A stretch of DNA of 64,000 nt from Phyllosticta citribraziliensis. Its lineage: Eukaryota. Of this stretch, positions 25,725-38,941 are shown piece after piece. Under the pieces are notes generated by a model, which ran no database searches, was not told the origin of the DNA, and saw only the letters and a program-made list of their open reading frames with translations. Position 1 is the first letter of the stretch. The number at the start of each line of letters is the position of its first letter. The position numbers were made by a program, and so were the translations under genes. The stretch covers positions 248,001-312,000 of the forward strand of contig NW_027117341.1 of the NCBI RefSeq assembly GCF_038025025.1, read 5' to 3'.

Positions 25725-27818
25725 ATGGGAGCTTATCACTCCGTCGAGGCAAACCATGCTACTGGATGGCTGGACTCTACCCCTCTGGGCTGCTGCGCAC
25801 CCGGATACTGGGCGGATCGTGGAGAAGGATATCGGGAAAATGACCGTAAGATCAGCCTCATCGCTGACTGCGTTGCGCGGCGCTGACTTTTTCCAGGAAA
25901 CTACAAGACACGCAGCGTTGTCTCTGAGCAGCCACGGTCGCACCGACAGTTGCGTCAGCAGGCCATGTCCAAGACTTCCTCAATGTACACCGACCGACCA
26001 ACCACGAGAGACTCGTTGAGACACTGGGTCGGACGAAGAAATGTCGAGTCCAAGTACTGGGACGCCGAGTCTTTTACTGGCAGCATAAGGAAGCGACAAT
26101 GGTCGAAAAGATCGTCCAAGTCAGCCAAATCACGACCTCAAATCTCCAATCCGACCGAATTTCGCCATGTCGATGGCACTTCCAATACAGCGGAACAAGC
26201 GACGCCACGGCGGCGGAACGCGAACTTTCGTCCGCTTCAGCTCTCCATTTACCAGCCTGACTTTCGCCTGTCGCCACTCCCAGACTTCACCAGGGACAGC
26301 TGGATTTTCATGCCCGACCTGCCACGTCCGGACAGGGCCTTTGGTCACGCTGACCAGGACGACGAAGCAGACGGCTCTCAATTTCTCGTCCGGCGAAAAC
26401 CTGTGCGGTGTCAGAGTGTCGACGCGTTTGTCGATGCCATGGAGTTTGTTGGCGACAGTGATGACATGGACTACCCGGTCCCACGCTCAAACCTCAAGCG
26501 CACGAGTAGCTTGCCCGATACGAATCGCCTGACTATGGTCGACATGGGTTACACTGGACTATCTTCCCGCGCCGAGTCGCCGGTAGACACCTCAGGCCCC
26601 ATGGCTGTTCCACGCACGCGTGCAGACGGGACAAATGGAAGCGTGTTCCGCAAATTCCAGTCTCGTCAAGGGTCACGCCCAAGCATCGAGCAGGCCATCG
26701 ACGAACTCAACAACATTGTTGTGGAGGCTCGCGCTCAAAAGAATGGGCCGCTGTCTCCCTCTCAAGGCCACATTCCCGCTATCGCGCCTCACCTCAAGAT
26801 GACCCATGTCCGATCAGAAACACTTTCCGACATTGGTTCCGCCTTCTCCACTCCATACTCTACAAAACACATGTCGTCGGAGTCAGATCTTCCCGTGCCA
26901 GACATTGACCTTGACATGGAGTACGAGGCCGTGTGTGCGAAAGCGGACGAAAAGGCGCGCCATGACATTTTAGTATCTTTCCCCCAGCCGCCCGGTGCAG
27001 CGGTAACTTCGAACAAATCAACGCGCTCTCGCCTTGCCGGATTTCTCCGCCGCAACCCAAAGGGAATGGCAGACTCGACCGCAACTCCCAGCCCAACAGA
27101 ACCTCTCATTAGTTCCAACCTTCCGCGCGGCTCTCCGTTCTACAAGTGCGAAGATGCCACAAACATGACGTCATCAACCGCAACACCCAGAACAGTGTTT
27201 GGACCCAACACTTCCCGCTATACAGCCACTTCCTTTGGATCAACCTCGTCTGACACTTCCACTTTCGTCACCGTGACCGAGAGCGAGTCGGACGCCACAT
27301 CGGCACGGTCCATGACGCCCGACACCGACCACACGACTGCTGGATCTGATAGCTCTGGCTCACCTCGCAGCATTCATGTCCCCGTTCGCCGCCTCGGCGT
27401 CGACACGGCTCTCCGCGACAGTCACGTGCGCAGCATGACAGCCAGCGTCGTGATGGACAACGCCAGCAAGTACTCGAGCAGTCGCAGCAACAGTAATCGC
27501 TCCGACCAAAGCCCCCGCCGCAAGCCCGTCGTCCAGTCCGCGGCTGCCGTAAAATACACGCCGTCCGCCGCGCCCTCGCATGCGGTTGACGACAGCGCCT
27601 TCATCGGCGTCGCCGTGAGCCAAGACGACGAGGATGACGATGTCGAAACCGTCCAGCGCTCCGAGCCGCCCATGGCGTACAGCACATTCGACCCACTCAA
27701 GAGCCACCCTCCTGTATCGCCCATGGAGCCCGACTACGGCTACGCGTACGGTTACGGCTACGGCTACGACTCTGAGGAGCCGCAACAACGAACAAGCGTC
27801 GTCGGACTTGCCTTCTAA
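25725..27818 (+). CDS. Uncharacterised Ser/Pro-rich fungal protein with partial CRIB motif and predicted N-myristoylation
   Basis: Exon 25725-25845 (MGAYHS...GCC), intron 25846-25896 (GTAAGA/GCTGAC/CAG) joins in frame to the 622-aa ORF containing ISNPTEFRHV. Confidence 0.75.
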
Positions 27819-28830
27819 GGCCCCCTCCCGACACCTCTATACGTGACCAAGGGGGCGTTTCTTGACGACGATGATGAAACTACCACGAACAATACTTCCT
27901 TCTTTCTCTCAAAGTCGTTTTTCTTAACTAATACCCTGTGCTCCTTGAAGGGGGCCTCTGTCCGTCTTTCGCTTGGCTCTCTCTCTCTCTCTCTCTTGCT
28001 TTTGTCGCCTCGACGTTTCGGTTGTGCTTCAGACATCCCATGCACCGCGTGGGCGGTTGGTTCATCAAAACGGCGCGGTGCGGTGCGGGGTCGGCGTGTG
28101 ATGGGTCCTCTCACTCCACGCCACACCCCCTGGGCGGTTTCGTCATCTTTTTCGTGCGGGCGCAGAGTCGGATGTGTGTATGGGCGGAGTGGGGTTCAAT
28201 CGGCGGGAGGGCTGGTAGGTTGGCGCGGGGGCTGGTGCGCTCCCTAGGTAGCTGATGACCGAGAGCGGCGTGTTACGTGCGTTTTACCCTTCTACAGTCT
28301 CTTCTTCTTTGCCCGCCTCGGCCTGCTGCCCGCTCTGCTAGGTGTCGCGCACGGTGGGGCGGTTTAGTGTGGTCGTTTGATCGCATGAATATAAAACTTT
28401 GTTGAGTCTTGTGTCTCTTGCGCAAACGCGAGTACGCAGATACGGATACGCCGGTGTCGTGTGGAGTGATGAGCTGCCGATGCGTCGTGCTGCTTTATTC
28501 ATGTCTGCGTTTCCAAATTCGCACGCTTCCGCGGTTTAGAGGAGCCTCTGGAGTGTCCGCCGGCTAACGCAGCGGCTTTCTACTAGTTTGGCGAAGCTGG
28601 GAGAAGAAATTCCAATCTTATGGCGATCAGCTTCTGTCCACGGACAGTCTACAGGTGACTGGGGGTAGACGAACACAAGGCAAACTGCCGGTTTCCAGAA
28701 CAATCACTTCGGGCTTTTGGGAAACATCGCAGACTACAAATACTGGCTCTAGCGCCAACTGCATTGGCGGTCGTATCTACTTCTTTACAGCACTCAGTCC
28801 ATTTTTCCAAGCTCCGGGATCCAGCACGTT

Positions 28831-30369
28831 ATGCGCAAGAAAAAGAGTCCTTCGAAGAGAGGCAAGAAGGCTCACAAGAAGGAGAAAGGCGCAGATGCTG
28901 CCGTTGCTGCCGCGTCTTCTTCTCAAGATGGTGGGAAAGCCTTAGACCCTTCAGTTCCCTCAAGAGACAGTTTCCCGCTGCTCAGTCTACCGCGAGAGCT
29001 ACGAGATGAGATTTATGACCACAGGTTCGTTTTTGGCGTCATTCGCATCCAATCTGGTCGTTGCGACAAGTCTTGCTACCAAAAAGGCACAATGCCAGAC
29101 GAGAGCGGCCCCCCGAACTGCCATTTCAGCCTCTCAGCATCGGAGGAATTAGAGTGCGCAGATGCTGAGCTGATTTGCAAAGAACGCTCAACAAGCCCTC
29201 CTGTTGCGCTCTTTCGAGCTTGTCGACGAATGCGCGGAGAGGCGGCGCCTGTTCTTTATGCCAAAAACATGTTTTTCTTCGACCAGTGTTGCCACGAGTG
29301 CCAAGCTGCGCCGTTCTTCAGCTCTGCCATACCCGGTGCTGTGGTGTTCCTCAAAAAGCTTGGTCAAGACACACTGAAGTGGATTAAGAAAGTCAAAATC
29401 ATGCTCGGCGTAGATAGCTTCAACGTCTTGCGCGAAGCAGTTTCGAGGCCAGAGATTCAGAAATTTTGGTCACTGATTAACCGAAAGCTTTCACTGGACC
29501 AGCTGGCAATCATTCATAGAGGTTGGCCCAAGAACATCCTGAACGGATTATGCTCGTGGGAAACCAAATTTCTGCTTTCCATTCGCGGATCCAAGCGCTT
29601 TTCCCTCGAGATCTGGGCTGGTCCGGGAGGTTTAAGTTGGGGAGCTCCCGCTCTTGTCTCCTTTGCTGCACTCGTCAGATCCCGGATACTCAGAAGCAAC
29701 GGAAATCCCGCGACAACAAATATTGTGGTACACCAACGGCATTTTGTTACGGCTTTTTCTCCGTGGTGGAAGAGAGGTCAGGTCATGTTCAGAAGCAAGC
29801 GGCACTTGTTTGTCGTGCGTTGCGACGACGACAACACAGGAAAGTCCTATCTGACGCCCGTCAAACGTCCATCACCACTTTTGGACTTCCGGTGGCAAGC
29901 AAGGTCCCTTGTTGAGTACTTCGCAACGGGTGGCGTAGAAATCCCATATCTGCGCCCACCAACATACGAGGAATTCAGAAGGGACAAACTCAAAGTAATG
30001 TATCACTATGGCATACTTCTCACTCTGTACGAGCCACGCATATTCGAGGACTACAAAGACGATGACGACGGTGAAAACGACAGTCTTCATGAGGTCGACG
30101 TGAGCCGCGAGAGCCTGGACATGTCCAGCCTTCCAAAAGTACGTGAGCTTTTGGAAATGTGCAAACCGTAAGTTATTCTCCTTGTTAAGCCTCCAATGTT
30201 TTTTTTCGTATGGACTGGTTGCACTTGTCGACGCGTAGAAGAAAGAAAATGGAGTACTGACGGGTGGGTAGGACGGCGCAAGAAGGAGGACGGCGACGAC
30301 GACGCAGAAATTGAAAGTGAGGACAAGGAGGAGGGTGAAGACAGCGACAAGGAGTCTCAAATCGACTGA
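28831..30369 (+). CDS. F-box-like (DUF7730/2EXR-type) protein, tandem paralog 1
   Basis: FPLLSLPRELRDEIY and FRACRRMRGEAAPVLYAKNMFFF motifs; basic N-terminus. Probable last intron 30143-30271 (GTGAGC/ACTGAC/TAG) adds an acidic tail ending at 30369; unspliced, the ORF ends at 30171. Confidence 0.75.
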
Positions 30370-31067
30370 ATGGATCTTGGCAGTGAGCCAGCATTTCGCT
30401 CGTCCTATTGCGCATATCATTGAATGGGAATCGCAGAACAGGCTGTTCACGTAATTCTGGGTGGCAGTGCGGAATTTTGAAGTCCTGGGAAGTCTGAAGT
30501 CCTTGCAATAGCGTTTCCTTTCCAAGATGTTCGCATGCTCTATCGTGTCCATCTCTGTCTTGCTGGTGCATGACCAAAAATGCGATGTTTGAGTGACAGA
30601 AGCCTGAACCTCATCCCAAAGTCTGTCCAACTGTGTTGTGGAGCGATTTCAAGTCAAGTTGAGAAAAAGGCTGCGGAAGGCTTGACGAATAGGTGAGTGC
30701 AATATTCGACAGGATGCCAGCAGGGCAGAGATCTTACCGTCAAGGACTTGGGCGTGGTGTCCAAAGAGGCGACTGCCCAATGCAGCTTAGTGTGGGCGTG
30801 GACGTGACTGCCTTTTCGACGCGTCTGCCAACTCTTGCCCTCTTTTCTTCTCAACCTCTCCTCCTCCTCTCCTCTCCACCTCTCCACCTCTCCAACCCTC
30901 CAGCTCTCAACCTCTCTCCCTCCGAGCTCTCACTGTTCAACTTCAACTTCTGCTCCTCTCCATTTACCATCGACCTCGCAACCTTGCAGCCTCTCGCCAA
31001 ATCACAACACCAGTGACTTCTGATCTCCTCGACCCCACCTCCAAGGACACCCAGCTCTCGGCCCTCC

Positions 31068-32342
31068 ATGCAAGCGACTTCGTCCGGTCGGAAAAGGAAG
31101 GGCGGAGGAAGTCGGCCAAGGCGCTCTGCTCCTGCCAAGCGATACTTTCCCCTCCTCAAACTCCCACGAGAACTGCAAGACCAGATCTACGAGCATGCGC
31201 TGGTTGTCGAAGTCCTGAGGATCCACCCCGTCTCGCACTTTGATGAAGAAGAAGAACTAAGCTTTTACGATAAGAAAGATCGAGAATTGGCACCGCGCAG
31301 GCCCATCCACAAGCGCAGTACCTACCTGATCGACCATCCAGACTTCAGATTAGAGAACTCCTACGAATACGTTGACTTAGACCCGCCCGCGGTCAGCATC
31401 TTCCAGACCTGCCGCCAGGTCTACCGCGAGAGCGCGTGCATCTTCTACTCGAAGAATGTCTTCTTCTTTGATGACAAACACCGCGACGAATTTGGCAGCG
31501 GTTGCACCAGGTCTTTGAGATCAGCAGTCGCATTTTTCAGAGATAGACCCACCTGTGCCATGAACTGGATCAAGAGCATCAAGATCAAACTACGCATTGC
31601 TGCTCGCGAAGAGGGCACTGATCTTTTTGGGGGCTACTTTGACCAATGGTCCGAGGAGGACCTTGACGAGTTCAGCTTCCTTGTTCAAAAAACTTTGCCG
31701 GCTCTGGAGCACTTTTCCGTCATGGTCAAAGGCTGGCCACCAGATGTGCGTATGGGGAGGGTCCGACAAGAGCATCCCAAGGACCGCGACGTAACAGAAT
31801 ATGGCATGCTGTTGCTGCTGCCCAAGGTCAAGCGCTTCTCGATGGAGATCTTGGCTGGCATCGGCCATGGCCACTCTGAGGATCCTGGCCGACTTGTTGC
31901 TTTTGCTGCCTTCATTCGATCGCATCTTTTGAAAGGAGGCGAGGACTTGGGAACATCTAGAATTACCGTGCACAAGCGACACTGGATGAAACCAGTCCGT
32001 CCAGTGGACGATCCACAGTCCATCGTCTACAACAGAACGTCCGACCGACTGTTCGTTGCTCGTTGCGACGACGACGAATCTGGCAAGTCCTTTTTGAAGC
32101 CTGTCGAGCACCCGTCGTCTTTCCGAACCAGTAAAAACCACTGGGATCAAGTCATGGGGGTTGGCTTGCAATTTCGACCCGAACATTTTGATCTGGAATA
32201 TTCGCTGCGGACAAAGGTCGGAAAGGCCGACGAATATCCTGACTATGCTGAAAGCGACGACGGCGAAACCGATAGTCTCAAAGATGTTGATTTGAGCGGC
32301 TACAACCTGGAGCCTAATGATGATGGGTCAGTCCCTGAATGA
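31068..32342 (+). CDS. F-box-like (DUF7730/2EXR-type) protein, tandem paralog 2
   Basis: FPLLKLPRELQDQIY and FQTCRQVYRESACIFYSKNVFFF motifs; colinear similarity to paralog 1; CT-rich leader at 30835-31000. Confidence 0.8.
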   Translation: MQATSSGRKRKGGGSRPRRSAPAKRYFPLLKLPRELQDQIYEHALVVEVLRIHPVSHFDEEEELSFYDKKDRELAPRRPIHKRSTYLIDHPDFRLENSYEYVDLDPPAVSIFQTCRQVYRESACIFYSKNVFFFDDKHRDEFGSGCTRSLRSAVAFFRDRPTCAMNWIKSIKIKLRIAAREEGTDLFGGYFDQWSEEDLDEFSFLVQKTLPALEHFSVMVKGWPPDVRMGRVRQEHPKDRDVTEYGMLLLLPKVKRFSMEILAGIGHGHSEDPGRLVAFAAFIRSHLLKGGEDLGTSRITVHKRHWMKPVRPVDDPQSIVYNRTSDRLFVARCDDDESGKSFLKPVEHPSSFRTSKNHWDQVMGVGLQFRPEHFDLEYSLRTKVGKADEYPDYAESDDGETDSLKDVDLSGYNLEPNDDGSVPE

Positions 32343-32921
32343 TGAGCGGAATGAGCTTGAAGAGCAACGATGCAGCCAGAATGCAGAGATTGTGAGCAAA
32401 GAGAGGCGGATGAGGAAGAACCGAACATGATGCTGGAAACGAAAAGCTTTCAGAGGGCAGGCGCCCTGTGAAATTCTCAGAGCTGCGAGAGACTTGCTCA
32501 CGTGGCCTTTTCATGACGAGGCGGAATCACGACAAAACATGTTACTCTCCATAGTTAACAACAGAAAGGAAGGGATGACAAGGGCAGATGGGGTTGTTGC
32601 AAATGGATTACTCTAGGGAAATATGTGGTCAGGAAGTTGCTCAGGAGAACAGGCTACGGGATACTTGCTTACATGTCTTGCAAAAGGATAGAGCTTAATG
32701 TGAGGATTGACATCAAGTGAGTTTGCTACCCTGATTCAATGGCTTTGGCAGCGCGGATTGAAGCGAGATAGAAAGTGCAAAGGGCGAGTGTCATATTGAG
32801 GCTGGACATGGAGTTAAATCCAGAGACCAAGCAAGTCTTTCAGCGAGGTAGATTTCCATTGCCACAGACGCCTCTTATGTACTCTGCCCTATCTTCTCCG
32901 ATGTCGTCTACTTGCTCGCCA

Positions 32922-34086
32922 CTACGCAACCTCCTCCAACGCCTTCTTAATCCTCGCCTCCAACTGATCCTGAAACTCGACAAAGACGCGAATCGAATGG
33001 TCCAACTTCTCCTTCTCGCGCCCGCCATTGGCGGCTGCGAAGTCGCGCTCGAAGCCCTCTTTATCGTCTAGATAATCCAGCGGCTTCTCCCACGAATCGC
33101 TCACGCCATTCACTCCATCCGCGTCACTCGTCGCAGCCTCCTCGTCACCCGGCTGATACGGCGTGGCCGCCGCCTCCCTCAGCAGCCCCGGCGCCACCGT
33201 CAAATGCTCCACGCCCAAGCGCACCAGCGCCGTACACTCGCCCACGCTCCCCAGACTGGCCGGCAAAACCGCCGGCTTCCCGCGCGCGCCGACAGCATCG
33301 TAGTACGCCAGGGCGCGGCGCACCTCTTGCATAGCCAGCGCGCGCTCGCGCGCGGCCTGCGCGCTGCCGGCGAAGCCGGGCTCGAAGTGCAGCTGCAGGC
33401 TGTTGACGTAGGGGGCGACGTAGGCGCAGCGGACGCGGGCGGCGAGGGCGGCCTGCGGCAGGGCGAACAGCGTGGTCGCGAGGGTGGTGAGGTTGTGGGG
33501 GGGCTGGTGGAGGTGGTGGGCGGCGAGGAGGCCAGCGTGCGTGCTGGGGATTTTGAGACACAGGCGGTCGATGGCGATGGAGGGGGGCGCGGGCTGGATG
33601 GGGGAGAGGGAGTGGAAGAGGGAGACGAGGCGGAGGGCGGAGGTTGTTGTGGCGCTTGTGGAGTGTGCGGCGGCGGGGTCGGTTTGCAGGTGCACGCGGT
33701 GCGTGAGGTGCGGGAGCATGGTGTGCGCGAGGAGGACGGTCTGCGCGGTGGTTTGGCGTCAGTCAATTGATTGCCGTGTCGTTCTACTTCCTCCCGCTCC
33801 CTCTCATCCTCCATGTGCTTACCGCAATCTCACCCCCCAGCTTCTCAACCGGCACATCGCCCCACTCGCCCTTCTCCTTCAACCCCCGCGCCAGCCGCGC
33901 CGCCTTGAGCACCAGCTCGCGGTGCTCGTGCCGCGCCAGCTCCAGCGCCGCGATGGCTTGGTTCGACGTGCAGTCGACGAAGGGGCCCAGGTCGGCCGCG
34001 ACGCTGACGTCCAGCGTGTCGCAGTCGATGGACGTGGCCGTGCTGCGCCAGTAGTCGAGCAGCGTCTGCGGTGCGCTGGTCGCCAT
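32922..34086 (-). CDS. Transaldolase / fructose-6-phosphate aldolase family protein
   Basis: Exon 34086-33823 (DCDTLD, DCTSNQ), intron 33741-33822, exon 33740-32922 with Schiff-base LKIPST, TLATTLF, YVAPYVN and HLTVAP. Confidence 0.88.
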
Positions 34087-34327
34087 GGTGGTGGTGGTGG
34101 TGGTGGTGGTGGCCGTGGTGTGTGGTTCTGTCGGCGGAGGGTCGAGGGATTGACGGATGGATGGATGGATGGCGGCGCGGAGATGCGGGCGTGAATGATG
34201 CGAGACGCAATTGACGACGGGAGAGCGCAGCAGCCGCGAGTCAAGCAGTCAAGAGTCTCGTAGAGGTACAGGTAGGTAGGTATTCACATTCCACAACCTC
34301 CAATCCACCTCCCAGGCCAGCCCTCCA

Positions 34328-34337
34328 TATATAAAAG
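34328..34337. promoter_or_regulatory. TATA box upstream of the transaldolase-like gene (orientation ambiguous)
   Basis: TATATAAAAG on +, TTTTATATA on -, isolated in GC-rich DNA about 240 bp from ATG 34086. Confidence 0.45.
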
Positions 34338-35547
34338 AGCGGCAGGGCACCCCACAAAACCCCTCGCTCTCTCCTCCTCTTCCCTTCCCCACGCCACGCG
34401 ACGCGCTCCGATTTTCCCATTCGACATCGCCACGCCTGCCGGAGCGCGCGATGTGGAAGCTTTCCCGCAGCGACGACTGACGTCGGACGCTTTGCGGATG
34501 GATGGCACCGGCGCTAGAGTTGCCGCGTTGGGAAGGAGGGGCTGGCTGCTGCGCTGCGGTGCGTTGGTGTGGAGAAAGTTGGCCGAGGGCAGTTCTGGCG
34601 AGGTGAGCGACCCGCGCGTTATGTCAGCCGGGACAGTGGGGACTCGGATGGGATGGGATGCCGAGGGGACGGCGAGGATGGCGATGACCGATGACTGATG
34701 ACTTCGGCGGGATGTGCGCGCCTAGCTTTTGTTGGTTTGGTTGGTCTCCTGTTGGTTTTCGGTGTTGGCGTGAGCATTTGGTTGAAGATGGGATGGGAAG
34801 ACTGGTGGTATCCGTTGTTTGCGTCAGTTTGCAGTGGATTGGAGGGCCAAGTCGATGAGTTAGAGGCACGTTGGGAGTTGGGCTGTAAAAGCGAAAATGC
34901 AGGGGAGATGTATGAGCGACATTTGGAACTTTGCGGAACACACGCTAAGAGGGACATCGGACAGCCTTGACGCAATTCATTCAGAGCAGATGGAGATTCC
35001 ACGAAGCAGCATTTGCGAATACCTCAACTTGCCATTTGTCGTCACGTGCCGCAGCCGGGTTGAGGAACCAAAGTCGTTTAAGAGACCGGGCCGGAAGCTG
35101 AGTCTGCGGGGTCACTAAAATGTTAGGTCCTCGCGGAAAATGCTGCGGGTTGACAGTCGGATCGAAATCGTTGATGGGCGTCGCGATGTGGGATAGGTAT
35201 GGGCTGACACGCGAATCCATTCCCTACGTACTTCTCAAAGCGACTCCATTTTCTGGCGCGCAACAGGGCCCGCCGTCGGACGATCAAGCAAGTAGGACGA
35301 CGACCCTCCGCCTTCCTCGCACCGTCTCGCCTAGCAGAAACAGCAAAATCGCCAGACAAGTAACCTGTTCTGGTCTGCAAACGAGGCGCGTGGTTGGGTA
35401 GTGGGTGTTTGCTTTCGTGAAATTTTCCATTTCCAGGAGGGATTTATGTGACATCTCTCTTAAAGCAAAACCCAAGCCATATCGAGCGCCGTAAGAAGAC
35501 CTCCCCATAAGCCCGCTGCCGCCGCCACAATGATGCGAGCGATCCGT

Positions 35548-36302
<755 letters not shown>

Positions 36303-36675
36303 CTTTGCTGTTCCGTTAGTGACCTGGTGATGCGGACAGAGGTGTCGTCGGACAGCAAGTCAAAACCTTTGTTGGTGGAGGATTTTCGGCACTTTCGGTG
36401 CGGGCAATTAAGCGAGCCTGGCGCGACCACCACCTCACCACCACCTGCAGCTGTTCGTACCTTCAACGACCACAACTCCGCATCACACAACTATTTTCAT
36501 TTTGGCTTTTGACGACTGCGATTGGAATTGCTGTCTCTGTCTGGTCCCAACGAAAGACTCCCAACGACACATCTGCTCGCACCAGACTGTCCGACAGCAT
36601 TCGCCGCATGTGTGCTCGACGCAGCGTACGTCATGGCCATGGCAGTCAACCACAAGATTGTTGTCGGAGAAGCCG

Positions 36676-38519
36676 TCAATCCTCGTCCTCTTCAGCCGCC
36701 TCCCTTTTCCTCTCCTTCTCCACCCACCGCTCCAACTTCCTCTCTACGCCAAACACTGCCTTGACCAGGCCATTCAAAGACATGCCCGCCTGCTTAGCAA
36801 CCGCCTCATAAAACACCTTTGCAGGACCCTCCAGGTCTTGCGGCTGCCGATACCTCTTGTACAAGCTGCCCGGTCTCCAGACTTTCTCGGCGTCTTCAGC
36901 GGCCGCGGGCACTGCGTCAAGCGGCGCCATTGCACCCTGCACAGCGCGAATACGGTCATGTTGCGCACCTGCCATTTCCTTCTCATCCGGACCAGGCGGT
37001 AGCGGCTCACGTTGCTGGCCGGCCGGCTGCCCCGTGGGAAACATGTTGAACAGCGACTTTCGAAACTCGTTGACGCGCGGCAGGCTCTCGGCGTGCGGGT
37101 CGACAAACATGTCCTCGTACCAGTTGAGATAGTCGTCGAGCTCCGTTCCCTCCATGCGCATGACGTCTTTGTCGGCGACCTGGGCGGCTCGCTCGAAATT
37201 CAAGCGTCCGGGTGCGGCGGCGCGCATGCCCCCGAGATCGGCGGATGCCTTGGTCCACGCCTCCCAGTCCAGCTTCATGGCGCCCAGGTCGGACGCCGAG
37301 TAGGGGTGGCGCTCGACTGCATCCCACGGATACAGCAGCTTGACCGCCACCACGGTCAACGACGCGACTTGCGCCTCTGGAAGGTCTGACAGCCGCAATC
37401 GCCGCCGCTCTCCAAAGTCGGGAAAGCAAAAGTCGTAGCCCACCAGCTTGGCCAGGCTCAGCGCTGACGGGTACACCTCGAGCGGCAACGTCAGATCTTT
37501 TAGGTACCTGAAAAGCACGAGCGGGTAGTTGAGCGGCGGCAGGCCCATGCCATACACGCGCGCGTACGTGATGGCCAGGTCCATGACGGCCGTCTGCAGT
37601 GCATGCGGCGTCAGCAGCGCATTCGGCTCCAGCGCATTACGATGAGTCGGATGCAGGCGGTCGCGCATCTCGGGGGGCAATTGCGCGCTGGCGCGGTAGT
37701 AGATCAGCTCGCCATTGGAAGCCCAGGCAAAGATGTCGCCCAGACTGGCCGGCAGGCGCAGCAGCAGCATGGCCAGGTAGATGAGCGGCAGCGTGTCGAT
37801 GAGCTTGGGCGAGCTGTCCGGCCGGCGGCCGCGGCGCACGAGGCGCGCGTCATGGCCGCCGTGATCAGTGTCGGTGGTTTCGCCCTCAGACTGCGAGCTG
37901 AAGACCTGGGACTCCGTGTCCGACGCCACCTCGACTTTTAGCTCGAGCGACTTCAGACGAATTGCCCAGAGGTCGAAGACGATTTGCTGCCAATGACGAG
38001 ACGACAAGGTTAGTCTGCTTTGTTCGCGCACGCACGAATTGGGTAGTGAATAGATACCTCGAGCTCGGCAGGCAGGCCCTTTGTGTTGATCAGCCAATAG
38101 AGCTGCTTCCATAAAATCAATTGGTAGCAATGCAAGTAAAGCTCGAGAGCCTCGCGGCCCGACAGCTCTGCGCAGACTCGTTAGCTGGGGCGGGCGGCGG
38201 GTAGGGCTGCAAGGGGAGAGAGGGGTTGGGCGTCACGCACGACCCGAGCCCTGGTCGTCCTTTTCGACCTTGCGCCGCGTCACTCGGCCTTGGGTGTTGA
38301 AGTCGTCGTCGTCTTCGGCGCGTTGCGTGCCAAAGCCCTGGCATGCGTCATGTCAGCTCGGGCGCGTTCAGTTGGGCCATGTGGGAATGAATGCGGGGGA
38401 CCGACGGCATGCTGGTGGCCGTTTTCGCAGTAGGCGTACCCGTCCTCGCCCGTGACATATTTCTTAGACCGGCAGTTTTCGACTCCGCAGCGGTCGGCCT
38501 TGAACGTGCTGCTCGACAT
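36676..38519 (-). CDS. RRN7: RNA polymerase I core factor subunit Rrn7/TAF1B
   Basis: N-terminal Zn ribbon (CGVENC...YCENGH), CYQLILWKQ, LPAELE, DLW, LRLP...GD motifs. Introns 38338-38405, 38168-38240, 37987-38057. Confidence 0.88.
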
Positions 38520-38941
38520 GTCGGTTGATTACATTGCTGTGGTGTTGTTTGGTGGGTGAAGGAATTGAAGGGTGGTGGACCGTGGCAAAAGTTTTCGCTA
38601 GTCATGTCAGGCGCCAACAACACTGACTACAGGTACGGCGGCTCACTGACGCAAAAAGTACAAGAGATGTATTTGTCCGTCACATCGTAATGATTTTGGA
38701 AGCGGTATATCTTGATATCGCAGCGTCTTTCCGCTCCATGTTTTCCACGCAATGTACCAATCCCAGAATCCGACCCTTGGTCAGGTGCCGAACAGAGTCA
38801 TAAAGAAAAAGACAGCTCGTCTGTGGAGCAAGCTACCAGGCAGCTGCAGCCCGCTCTGTGGGGGTCACAGTTGCAGTAAAAGTTGTTTGCCATGCCTGCG
38901 GTTCCCATGCTTCTCTTTCCAACATGTCACGGGTCAAGCAC

